From contig NC_068984.1 in the NCBI RefSeq assembly GCF_001194135.2, positions 49,602,685 to 49,666,684 on the forward strand: a stretch of 64,000 nt of DNA, given 5' to 3'. Below are positions 1 through 11,990 of the stretch, piece by piece. The position numbers and the translations under genes were made by a program. This DNA comes from Octopus bimaculoides (taxonomy: Eukaryota). The notes below the pieces were generated by a model. That model was not told the DNA's origin. It ran no database searches and saw only the letters and a list, made by a program, of their open reading frames with translations. Positions within the stretch are counted from its first letter, which is position 1, and the number at the start of each line of letters is the position of its first letter.

Positions 1-1450
1 TTGATATACACAGGTTTTAATTTCTCTTCATTGAAACTAATATTTTTGTTTGTTTTTATTTTGATTTCAAAATAAAACAGTTTTTCTATATTTTATTTTG
101 TTATTATTTTCTACTTATCCAAAAGAGCTGTTAACTTACTCTAACCTGAAGGTGTGCATGTTTGTGAATTAAATTGTTAAAAGAAAAGAATGAATTCCAA
201 AAAAAGTTTTTGTCATATAAGAGTATTTGTGAATTATTCCTTATTTATTTTCATTCAAAATGGAGTAAACTTAATTAATACGATAAAATTCTTTGACTTG
301 CAAAGATTTTTTTTTTTCCATGTAAGAAAATTTCCTGCCAAATATTTACTTTTTCCTGAAAGTAAATATTAATTTATTATAATGCTTTTTCTGTATTATT
401 AACGATCTTTGCACCAAAATTCCGCTAATCCGCCCTATTAAAGTCTCTGGATGAAACATCCACCAGGCTATAAAATAACTTTGAGTAAGAAAAATATATT
501 GAAAGAAGTTTTCAATGTGAAAAACAAAAATTAAATTCACTGTGCAAACACAATGCGATCTGTTAAAAGAATAAGGTATATACTCTTTTACTGGTAACTT
601 TTCTCTTTGCAGGTTCACTGCATTTGAAAAATAATTAAAGAAAACACCATTGTAAAAGTGATTAAATTAAAGAATTAAGTAATTTTATACTAGCACACAT
701 TGTTTATAATTAAAGAGATGTATTATTTATTCATTCAAAATTAAGGGTTTCCCTTTAGCAAACAAAAGGATATCTTAAGATTAACGAGTTAAATTTTAAA
801 TCAAAATGAATATTATTCTTCTCAGTTATTACCTACAAATAACATTTAGCTCAGTCAAAAAAGATTTTAAAATGACAAAAATAATATTGTGGAAATTGAA
901 AATTATACACCTGATGCATATAAAATGATATGATCATTATATAATTATATGTTAATAGTCTAAAACTGTTTGATAAATTACCTCTAATTGATGCAAATTA
1001 TCAGCAATTTATGTAGATTTTAAACAAGTTTCAGGGAGGGAAGAAGGGGGCAAAAATTTATTTAATTGACAAAGTTTGGTTATTTATAATGTCAAATAAA
1101 ATAAATAGGAAAAAATTCCTGTTTTGGAAGATCTCTATTTTCTTTACAAGTAATACCAATAAACAGCAAATATTTCAGTGATACACATCACTGCACAAAT
1201 AATTAAGAGTAATTAAATAAAATTTAAAATTTAGATCACTTATGCATTAATATATATTCACATAAATTTTGTTATATTATGTACTTTTTTTTTCATATTA
1301 GATGATTAACAGTTTAACAGGTATTTTATGTATTCATTTCTTTGTTGCAAAAGTATTGTTATATATTGTATGCCTCTTAATAAGTCAGCTGTTATTTTTT
1401 ATCTTTACTATTCACCCCCAGAAACTTTAAAAAGTTCATAAATGAATACA

Positions 1451-1482
<32 letters not shown>

Positions 1483-1782
1483 GAGGAGTTTTTGTTTGAA
1501 TGACTCAAACTGATAGGTATGCGTGCTGAGTGCTCAAATAGGTGTGCCTCCAAAATTCCAGTTTGAACAGTAGTTCAAGTTTTGGTCATGTGATTGTCTT
1601 GTTCAAAACAGCTAAAGATGGCTTCCTTTTGAGTCAGTACATATAGATCGAATGTCCTTGTCATGCCTAGCCTAATTGTTTGCCTTTCCTCACTACTTTA
1701 ACCTATATATGTGTGTGTGTATGTATATATATATATATGTGTGTGTATGTATGTATATGTATATATATATATATATATATAT

Positions 1783-2665
1783 NNNNNNNNNNNNNNNNNN
1801 NNNNNNNNNNNNNNNNNNNNNNNNNNNNNNNNNNNNNNNNNNNNNNNNNNNNNNNNNNNNNNNNNNNNNNNNNNNNNNNNNNNNNNNNNNNNNNNNNNNN
1901 NNNNNNNNNNNNNNNNNNNNNNNNNNNNNNNNNNNNNNNNNNNNNNNNNNNNNNNNNNNNNNNNNNNNNNNNNNNNNNNNNNNNNNNNNNNNNNNNNNNN
2001 NNNNNNNNNNNNNNNNNNNNNNNNNNNNNNNNNNNNNNNNNNNNNNNNNNNNNNNNNNNNNNNNNNNNNNNNNNNNNNNNNNNNNNNNNNNNNNNNNNNN
2101 NNNNNNNNNNNNNNNNNNNNNNNNNNNNNNNNNNNNNNNNNNNNNNNNNNNNNNNNNNNNNNNNNNNNNNNNNNNNNNNNNNNNNNNNNNNNNNNNNNNN
2201 NNNNNNNNNNNNNNNNNNNNNNNNNNNNNNNNNNNNNNNNNNNNNNNNNNNNNNNNNNNNNNNNNNNNNNNNNNNNNNNNNNNNNNNNNNNNNNNNNNNN
2301 NNNNNNNNNNNNNNNNNNNNNNNNNNNNNNNNNNNNNNNNNNNNNNNNNNNNNNNNNNNNNNNNNNNNNNNNNNNNNNNNNNNNNNNNNNNNNNNNNNNN
2401 NNNNNNNNNNNNNNNNNNNNNNNNNNNNNNNNNNNNNNNNNNNNNNNNNNNNNNNNNNNNNNNNNNNNNNNNNNNNNNNNNNNNNNNNNNNNNNNNNNNN
2501 NNNNNNNNNNNNNNNNNNNNNNNNNNNNNNNNNNNNNNNNNNNNNNNNNNNNNNNNNNNNNNNNNNNNNNNNNNNNNNNNNNNNNNNNNNNNNNNNNNNN
2601 NNNNNNNNNNNNNNNNNNNNNNNNNNNNNNNNNNNNNNNNNNNNNNNNNNNNNNNNNNNNNNNNN
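1783..2665. other. Assembly gap (largest of 11 N-runs)
   Basis: 883 N. Other gaps at about 10856-10894, 17739-17775, 24292-24412, 43658-44238, 44837-44845, 48282-48291, 51189-51350, 53963-54339, 57515-57655, 60667-60676; many abut (TA)n tracts. Confidence 0.99.
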
Positions 2666-2799
2666 GGCTTCCTTTTGAGTCAGTACATATAGATCGAATG
2701 TCCTTGTCATGCCTAGCCTAATTGTTTGCCTTTCCTCACTACTTTAACCTATATATGTGTGTGTGTATGTATATATATATATATGTGTGTGTGTATATA

Positions 2800-3876
2800 C
2801 ATACGTATGTGTGTGTGCTCCCTACCAATCCTGCATTACTTCATCATCTTATATCTTACCCCTTCTTCATTTGTTATACTTGTTCTGTATTACTACCACC
2901 CAATACATATTTTCCTAGGTAGCTTCAAAAATTCAATGGACTCTAGCAATTGACTCTGGATTACCAACCAGCATCTCTTACCTTTTTATTGCACAATGCA
3001 CCTTTATACTTCTAGGATGCCCTCTAGCCTTTTTTTTTCCTTACTGCATTTACTATACCAAACCATTCTTTCTCTTGCCATGCTCCTTCTACTACCTTTC
3101 CATTTGGAATCTCTCTACTGCATCTCACTCTTAATATACTTTTGCAATATTCACAATCTGCTCCTACTCTTCCTCTTGCATCTATGGTGCACATCAACAT
3201 CTCTCTTCCCCACTGGTCTCTCAGTATTCACCTACTGCTCCCTCACCCTCTGATTCATTTTGTCTCCCAATTCTCTCTTTACAGCTTCCCCATGAGCCCA
3301 ACACCTCTTTGCATCTTTCCCCCTCCCCTCTAGCCTACCCTACATCCTCTCTTTCTTTCAGTGACTCTCTCAGGATTCCTCTCCACTGTAGTTCATCACT
3401 CTCTTGTCCCTGTTCTTTCATACTTTCCGTCCATACACCTCCTATACAGCCCTGTCTTATACATTACCACTCCGTCCCCCTCTTTTCACAGTAGAACCTG
3501 ACACTAATCCCTTCACTTTTCCCTGTACCTACTGAACTGCTCTGTAACTGTCTCTACTATTACCCTAATGCAACTATAAATCTCTTCCTCTTATCTTATT
3601 TACCCTCCCCCATCTCCCTACTTAGAACCACTGCACCCTCTCTCTTCTACCGACCCTCAGTTATTGGGGCCAATTTAGACCCTTGCAAGTTACAAGGCAA
3701 CCTTCACTTGTGGTGGTGCCATGAAAAAGCACCCACTTAACACTGTAAAGTGGTTAGCATTAGAAAGGACATTCAAACATAAAAGTCATGCCAAAATAGA
3801 CATTGTAGCATGATGTAAACTGTCTATTCCATTCCCTCACGGAAGCTAGATGCTAAAGGATAATGATGAGGATGAC
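2800..3876 (+). mobile_element. Degraded RTE-type LINE 3' UTR/tail remnant
   Basis: Pyrimidine-rich body, then a diverged version of the tail seen in younger copies (aaaagcaccc...gtaaagtggttagcattagaaaggacattc...gatgctaaaggataatgatgaggatgac). A similar body lies on the minus strand at about 7030-7760. Confidence 0.45.
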
Positions 3877-4520
3877 AGAGTTACCACTACAGATGCTGAA
3901 ACTTTCAGATATTTATTCTAGATTTGATGTCATTCATTACAGATATACACACATATAAAAAAGAAATTTCAAACATATTTCATCTGAGAAATAATATATT
4001 CTTATCCTTTTAAATTACAATATGATTAAAGTTTCAATTTGTTTATTTTATATTTATTGTTTTATGAAATTACTGATGATATCAGAATAATTGAAAGTAT
4101 ATTTTCTTTCAAATATATTGCTTCTTCTACTAAAGCTGTTACACATGTTTCAAAGAAAAGTAGTTGACATTCATTTTAAATGTATTTCTCAGTTTTTATA
4201 AGAATATGTCTTTTGATGTATTTGATACTGACCAATACATTCAATCAACATGTCTTTTGACCAACTTGTTTTCTTACCAATATGTCTTCCCACCAATTTG
4301 TATTTGCAATGTTTTTGACTATTTTGTCTTTCGGCTAATATGCTTTCAAAAAATGTGATGTTGGCAAATGTTTGTAATGAATGTGTCATATCCTTATAAT
4401 ATGCGCACACACACACACACACACACATACATGATATCTACTGTAATATATATATGCGATATATGACATAATATAATGTAATATTCATATAATGTATATT
4501 ACATAAATTATATATCATAT

Positions 4521-4587
<67 letters not shown>

Positions 4588-4592
<5 letters not shown>

Positions 4593-5845
4593 GTTGGACA
4601 AAATAATGGCAACACCTTAAAATTTCAAACAAATTTATTTTAATATGGGGTAGGACTGCCTTTGGCAGTAATTACAGCTTGAATTCTATGAGGTATGGAC
4701 TCCTACAAAGTATGAATTGTTTCCAAAGGAATTTTTGTCCATTCTTCAGCTAAAACAGTCTCCAGTTCTTGTAGTGATGATGGTGGAGGATATCAACTCC
4801 TTACTTATTTTTTAAAATACGCCATAGATGTTCAATAATGTTGAGATCTGGGGACTGTGGTGGCCAGATAAGAGGTTCAACTTCACTAGAATGTTTCTTG
4901 TGCCATTCAGTAACAACTTCAGCAGTGTGAATAGGTGCATTATCATCCTGAAAGATTGTGTTTCCTTCGGGAAACAGTTCCGCACCCATAGGATGAATTT
5001 GATCAGAGTAAATGCTCAAATAGTCTTGACTATTAATTCTGCCATGAAGGGAAACCATTGGGCCAGCAGATTTCCAAGATATAACTCTTCAGATCATCAC
5101 AGATCCTCCTCCATGTTTAACAGTTGGAAAAAAGCAGTCTGGGTCAAATGCTTCTTTTGGCTGTCTTCACATGTTTACTCAGCCGGTGATCACAAATAAG
5201 GTAAAAGATGACTCGTCCAAGAAAATAACATTCTTGCACTGCTCTAGGGACCAATTCTGAAGGCATTTACTCCACTCTAAACGCTTTGCAACATTTGTTT
5301 TTGAAAGTAGTGGTTTTCTGATTGCAGCCCTGCCGTGAAATCTGGCTTTGTGAACAGTTTTTGTGTAAACTGGGTTCTCGAGGTGGTCATTAAGCTCTGC
5401 AGTAATTTTGGGAGCTGTACTTTTGTGATTCTTTCTAACAATTCGCGTAAGAGTCTGATGGTCCCTATCTGAAAGTTTTGGTTTTCTTCTGGAGTTTTAT
5501 TTCGACGCGGAGGTTTTTCCCTCTTTCTCAAAGGCTGTCATTACTTTTGAGGCATTACTTCTTGATACACCAAACAATTTGGCTGTTTTCATTACACTAG
5601 CGCCTGGCATATGAGCACCAACAATTTGACCTCTTTGAAAATCTGATAGATCTGTCATTTTAATGAATTTTAATTACCTTTTTCTGATGATATCTGAAAA
5701 GAAACAGCAATTTTGGCAAAACATATTAAGCAACACTAATAATGAATCAGAAAACATAAAAAATAAATAAGCTTTTGACAGTTTTATAGACATTTCAAAA
5801 TTATGATGCTATTATGCTAGGTGTTTCCATTATTTTGTCCAACCC

Positions 5846-5848
<3 letters not shown>
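4588..5848 (-). mobile_element. Full-length Tc1/mariner DNA transposon, DD36E (Incomer-like) type, inactive
   Basis: ~30-bp TIRs: left CAGAAGTTGGACAAAATAATGGCAACACCT, right (reverse complement) CAGGGGTTGGACAAAATAATGGAAACACCT. TA on both sides within (TA)n tracts. 1261 bp with a transposase remnant inside. Confidence 0.95.
4640..5658 (-). pseudogene. Tc1-family transposase pseudogene (DD36E)
   Basis: N-terminus MTDLSDFQRGQIVGAHMPGASVMKTAKLFGVSRS; catalytic motifs VIFLDESSF, TVKHGGGSVMI, FQDDNAPIHT, WPPQSPDLNIIEHLW; C-terminus IPHRIQAVITAKGSPTPY*. Several in-frame stops and at least one frameshift. Confidence 0.93.
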
Positions 5849-5944
<96 letters not shown>

Positions 5945-6914
5945 CATATGTATATATACATGAATACATACATATATATTATACATTTCACTAAACGTTT
6001 ATGTCAACTTTTGTATTTGTTGTACCTGGAAGTTTTGTTCAGCATTAACCTAATTGTTGTGATACATTCAGTAGTTAATGTATTCTTTTTACTGTTTGTA
6101 GAAAAATTTTCTTTGACTATTACTACACACTATAAGACATTGGCATCATACACTTATTGAAGACTAATTTTAGAAAATAAACTTTAATTATTTTTAAATA
6201 AATAAAACTACTAATAGATGAGAGAAAAAATTAAGCATATTCTTAACATTAAAGCAAAACATAGAAACAGATTGAAAGAACAAACATCATTATTGTAATA
6301 TAATCTAAGCTATAAATTATCATCTCAGACAGTGAAAAGAATATTTATAAACTTATACTTTAACTTTTAGAAACAGAGGAGTCAGTGATGTATTTCAAAC
6401 TGTGGAAAATGGTAGTTTGATGAGACATGGAATTGGCTATTCTTATAGCCATCATTTGATGTAAAACATATAAAAATGTTGGTAGGCTTTTCTCACAAAT
6501 TCTTTTGCTTTCACTTGTGGTACAAAAGCCAGATATCAAAGTTTGTGCATTTCTGCCAGTGAACTATATGATAAAATAGTTATCCTAGGAAATATCTAAA
6601 ATTTTTCTCCAAGTAATATTCTTGCAAAACTTATGGAAGATAAGATTACTTTCCTATTAATACATTATTTACCAAGCTGGAAAACTTGTATAAGTTAAAG
6701 TTCACATATATATATGTGTGTGTATGTGTGTGTGTAGATACATACACAGACATATATACACCCTATGAATTAAAAAAAAAGCATCCAAAGTTTGCAGAAC
6801 AGTTTCATAGAGAAACAAACTTGCAGTAACTTTGCTTTGCTAAATATGGTTCTTAATTTTTAATGTATCTAATAAATTTAAGGTACATGGCTTACTCCAA
6901 TGTCTCAGATTTTG

Positions 6915-8620
6915 TATTGCTTCTATAGCTGGATGCCCTTCCTAATGTCATCTACTTTACAGAATGCACTAGGTGTACTGATGAGGTCACCTTGTATCTC
7001 TCCTGCTGGAAAGCACTCTCAACTGGGAAAGAAAATCAGAAATAGGGTTGGCACTTTATGCAACAATTAGAGAGATTGAAGTATGATGGGAGGTGCAGGG
7101 AAAGGTTTATTGTTGTGGAAGTGATTCATGACTTCCTTGCATTTTACAAGTGTGATGGAAGGGATTGCGAAAGGGAAGTAAACATGGTGGTAATTAGGTA
7201 ACAAGACGTACCCTCAAGGAAATGTGTCCAAAGTGAATTGAAGAAAATGTGGTGACAGAAGAATCAAGGGTGATATGTAAGGTTGCAAGAGCATAGGGAG
7301 AGAAAAAGGGACAAATATAAACATTAGATGGGAGTATCAGATTTATATAGGGTGTGTATGTAATGATTGGAGAAGAGAGGTCAGTGGGTAGTTGATGATA
7401 TATATATATATATATGAATGTTGGATGGATGTCATTTGGGAGCATTTCAGAGGAGAGTAAGTGGTGACTGTGAGAATGGTGATATGATATGGTGTCCAAA
7501 GAGGTTCTGATTTCATTACTTGCAGCAGAAGAGTAATACAGTAGATAGGGAGTGTTGGAGTGGAGTGAGTGTTAGGGAGATAAAAAGTGCAGTTGCAAAA
7601 TGGGAGGAGAGTGCAAAATAGATAAAGCAAGGATGGGAGTGGTTGATAGTAAGTTTGAATGAGGGGTGGTGATGATAAGAATGGGAAATAGGTATCAATT
7701 AGAAGTGGCTTGTGGGGAGGGGGAACCTAGTTGCCTGGGTGGCGAGAAAGAAACAGCAGTTGTTGATTTAACAGAGACATTAGACAAGGTACCCAGCTGT
7801 GTGCATACACATCATGTGTTTAGAGTCTCAGTCACACTGTGCTAGCATAGAGGGCTAAACTTCTCAAGCACAGAGGATTGCCAATTGTCTTTGTTATTTG
7901 TCATCTCTTCCCTGCAGCTCAACATCTTGAGAACAGGCTTTACCTCTCCATTCCACATCTTTCTTGGTCTCCCTTTTCCACAGAGTCTGTCTACTGTAAG
8001 CTGTGAGCACTTTTTTTTATACTGCTATCTGTATTTGTATGTATCGTATGTCCAAACTAATGCAGTCTTCTCTCTTGTGCACTACATCTGATTTCTCTGA
8101 TGCCCAGTTTTTCTATCAATTCAGTTGTATTTTGTTGTTCATGTACATCTATCTTGTACATTCCTTGGAGCATGCTTGTTTCATTTCTTCTCTGTTCTTT
8201 GCTGCTCCTCTACTTTTTGGACACATGTCTCACTGCTAGATTGTACTGAAGTTTGTGAGAAACTTTTAATTACCTTCAGAGACTGAAGCTCTCCAGCCTC
8301 TTCTTTCGTTACTATACTTTCAGAATATTCTCTACCACTGCCTAGGTAGCATAAGCCATTTACTACTTGGCATTTGAAAGCGTCTATTTTTCATACACTC
8401 TTCATTATTATTAGTTTTGCTAAGCTGCCACATACAAAGTCTGCTTTCTTCTTCAAGAAGCCCATGATTCCATTACAAACACATGTGTGTCCATAGTTTG
8501 CATTAGATTTCTACCTACTACTTTTTAGCATATCGGTGATAGCAGAGTCAAGTATGTTTTTCTACTTGTCTTTGCTAAGTTAACTTTGATTCCAAATTTT
8601 GTTTCCACACCTGAAATGTT
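6915..8620 (-). mobile_element. Old, 5'-truncated RTE-clade LINE (ORF2 3' part plus 3' UTR)
   Basis: Minus-strand remnants at 7870-8610 resemble the RTE ORF2 C-terminus (LIEKLGIREIRCSAQERRLH*FGH...LCGKGRPRKMWN). Tail motif gctggatgcccttcctaat at about 6928. Confidence 0.8.
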
Positions 8621-9574
8621 TACCATAATCCTATAACAGATTCATTTGTAAGAATGAGTGTGTGTGTGTGTGTATGTGTAGATATATAAATCATCGTCAT
8701 CATCATTTAACGATGATGATGATGATGATGATATATATATCTACACACACACACTCATTATATATATATATATCCACATGTATGTATATATATATGTAAT
8801 ATGAACATATATACACACATATATGTGTGTACATATGTTTATGTGCGTATATGTACAGATATATATATTTACACACACACATGCATGCATACATATAATC
8901 CAGTTAGGTTACTTCATTGATATTTTATCTTCGCTCTCTTTTCAAATTACTAAGATTATTTTATAAATATGCAATTATAGATAGTCTAAACTATTAATAA
9001 TGTTTTAAATTATATAACAAATGATGTGTTTAAAGTTATACCCTAGTTATTATAAATATTTCTATACAAAGGCTCAGTAAAAATCTATAATTCATTAAAT
9101 TGTTGCATAAGAATGAAAAGGTCAATAGTTACTTTAGAATTTAAATAATTTTGTTAGGATTACATAAGCTTTTCAGATGAGGACAAATTATCATTTGAAA
9201 TTTATTTAATGTATATCCTTTAAATTAGATTCTGAATAATGTTCTTCATAATTATACAAATATTTTTAATGTTTTCTACAGATAGATTATATAATATAAA
9301 TATTCAAATACTCTCCCACACAAAAATAAGGACTGAAGTATACATACATACACACACACACACACTGCCTAAATACTAGGTGCCCCAAAACCAAAACGAA
9401 GAAAGCTAATTCAAAGACTACAGATCCAATCCATCACTGGAACTGTAAAAATCTGTAAAACTTTCCAGAAGTTTATCATTTAAATATATATGAGCATGTC
9501 TAGATATGCAACTATATGCATGAAAATACATACATAAAACAAAAACATACAAATCTGCACATATGCCTACTTAC

Positions 9575-9669
9575 ATACAGCCAAAAATACCCTGGTGTTG
9601 ATGTTGAAATTCCAATGAAGGCGCCTTGGATCTAGGTTAGATACTGGCTTTTCTCTATTGGCAAGAAAT
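9575..9669 (-). CDS. Candidate 95-nt internal exon of an unidentified gene
   Basis: Minus strand: acceptor ttattcagttttatttcaag, donor GTAT/gtaagt. Exactly one frame is open (FLANREKPVSNLDPRRLHWNFNINTRVFLAV). No homology recognised. Confidence 0.33.
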
Positions 9670-9721
9670 CTTGAAATAAAACTGAATAATGACACACATA
9701 CACATAGGCATGTGTACATGC

Positions 9722-9776
<55 letters not shown>

Positions 9777-10289
9777 TATGTAAATGGATATGTACACAAG
9801 TACAAACAAACACACACATACACATACTTAAAATAACCAAGAACCTTTTAAAAGTTAGGTTTCCAGCATCAGTTAACTCCCCTATGTATTTGCTTAATTT
9901 TTAATGATTTTAGATAATTACCTTACAATTGCAAATATATGTATCTTCAGATTAAGGATAGTTTAGATTTGATTGATTGATAGACAGACAGACAGACATA
10001 TAAACAAAATACTCTCCAGATAGGAATAAGTAGAAAATTAAAAGATTAATTATTTTCAGAACTAATTTTGCTCTTAATTATTCACCACTTCGATCATTCA
10101 AATACATAAAATGTGTCACTAATATATGAATAGTTGTACATCAGCATTTAATCACTACAACATCTATCTATCTGTCTGTTTGCCTGTCAATCTATCTGTC
10201 CTATCTCTCTCCACACATAAAAATGATGTTTGTATGTATGTATGTATATATATATGTGTGAGTATATATATATATATATATATATATTG

Positions 10290-10700
10290 ACTCTATTACG
10301 GATACTGGCCACTGGTAGAGTATTTCTCTGAATTTTCTACCCTAAATATTTTCATAGTAAAATTTTTCATAATTTTGAAGAATGTTAGTGCGTAATTTTT
10401 ATTTGCTGCTGGTTGTAGCTGCGTGTGCACAGTGGATTTGAAAAATCATAATGTATATAGATGAAACATGTGTCTTCAGTGTTCCACAAATATACATTAA
10501 TTATAACGCCCATGCTGATGAGACACGGATGGCAAATTATCTTATTTGTTCATTGATGTCGAAACTCGAGTACATGTAACTATTGAAATGTTTTTATTTT
10601 TCATTCCCTTTAAAATTAGTCTCATCTGTGTTTTGGTTTTTAACTGCCCTTTTCAGCATGTAAGGTGTCCTGTTAGAGTCACCTCTTTTGTGTATAGAAA
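10290..10700 (+). mobile_element. Putative Penelope-like pLTR fragment or retrozyme-like repeat carrying a hammerhead
   Basis: ~400-bp non-microsatellite island between TA-rich tracts, containing the hammerhead core. The association of such cores with Penelope-like elements is established knowledge; the boundaries are estimated. Confidence 0.4.
10511..10576 (+). ncRNA. Type I hammerhead ribozyme motif
   Basis: CATG-CTGATGA-[GACA...GGCAAAT-loop-ATTTGTT...TGTC]-GAA-ACTCGAGT-A-CATG. All core nucleotides are present, G10.1-C11.1 pairs, stem III is palindromic, the cleavage triplet is GUA, and stem I is 4 bp. Confidence 0.82.
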
Positions 10701-10894
10701 TGTGGACTAAGTTAGATATATATATAGCAATCTGTGTCTCTCTATATAGATAAATATATATGAGTGTACTTGTGTTTGAATATGTATGTATATATGTATC
10801 TGTGTGTTTGTATGAGAGTTTGTATTTACCGTGTGATTGTTTGTTGATTACATCCNNNNNNNNNNNNNNNNNNNNNNNNNNNNNNNNNNNNNNN

Positions 10895-10936
<42 letters not shown>

Positions 10937-10983
10937 ATTTGTGCATATGGGTATGTATATATCTGCGTTTATGAATGTATATA

Positions 10984-11226
10984 AGGTGCAAACATGGCTG
11001 TGTTGTTGAAAAGTTTGCTTTCCAAAAACATGGATTCAGGTTCAGACCATTGTGTGTTATCATGGGCAAGTGTCTTCTACTCTAGCCTGAACCAGCCAGA
11101 ACGTTGTGAATGGATTTGGTAGATGGATACTGAATAAGGCATGTTTCTATGCATGTATGTATATATGTATCTGTGTGTTTGTATGAGAGTTTGTATTTAC
11201 CGTGTGATTGTTTGTTGATTACATCC
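10984..11226 (+). mobile_element. tRNA-derived SINE (family A), diverged
   Basis: Aligns to the reverse complement of 49931-50335: atggctgtgttgttg...ggttcagacc...gggcaagtgtcttctactctagcct...gtgaatggatttggtagatgga. Confidence 0.8.
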
Positions 11227-11829
11227 ACACTTCATGACAGTTCTTCACATGATGCACAATCTTTATAAACATCTTTGATACATTTTCATCTGTCTCGAGT
11301 TCTCTTTGGCTGTTTCTTCTTCAGTAGAGTATGTGATTATTACCTCACTTGGAAACAAGTGGTTGTTGACAGCAGGAAGGGTGTATGGCTGTAGAAAACC
11401 CTGTCAGAACATAATTTTGTTTGACCCATGCATGAATGAAAAAGTTCATATTAAAATTACACACACACACACACATAAAATTTACCAATAATAGTTTTCT
11501 TGAAAGATTGCTACAAGATGTTCTTTATAAAGATAGGGCAACATATCAAGAAGCCTAGATGTGTTTTCACAGTTGACTGCAAGCATATGACATTGCCTGT
11601 CTTGATAGTAAGACTGTTGTTTTGCTAGAACATATGTAAAGCTAAGGAGAAAATATTAACTCACTCACACAAACACCCACAAGCACAAAGACACTGATAC
11701 AAACCATTAAATACATAAATATATGCCTATATATAAACACACATAGATATCTACATACAGATGCTTGTATGTGCATATGCATATATACACATATTTATAT
11801 GTATGTATATACCTACATGTGTGTGCGTA

Positions 11830-11990
11830 AGACAACAGAAACTTTTTTTTCAGTTTCTGTCTACCAGTTTCACTTATAAAGTATTGGTTGACCTGCAGCT
11901 ATAGTATAGCATGTTAGTTGACAATGTTAATGCAGTGGGACCAAACTCCAATGTGATTTCATTTAGTTGTTTAATTAATTGAACAATCTA
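11830..11990 (-). mobile_element. tRNA-derived SINE (family A) head fragment, diverged
   Basis: ttcagtttctgtctaccagtttcacttataaagtattggttgacctgcagctatagta...gcagtgggaccaaactcc matches 50190-50290. Confidence 0.65.

Noticed and set aside
346-680. Minus ORF 346-618, CpG-containing patch at 400-480, and strong plus acceptor ttttctctttgcag at 612
   Set aside because: All frames after the acceptor stop within 10 codons, the apparent intron would be only 37 nt, and no homology is recognised.
1620-2800. ~130-bp perfect direct repeat flanking the 883-N gap (1620-1750 and 2666-2795)
   Set aside because: Identical sequence on both sides of a gap, ending in a microsatellite, is typical of unmerged contig overlap rather than a biological duplication.
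10774-11226. ~75-bp duplication (10780-10855 and 11151-11226)
   Set aside because: One copy abuts a gap, so it is probably an assembly artefact of a SINE-internal segment.
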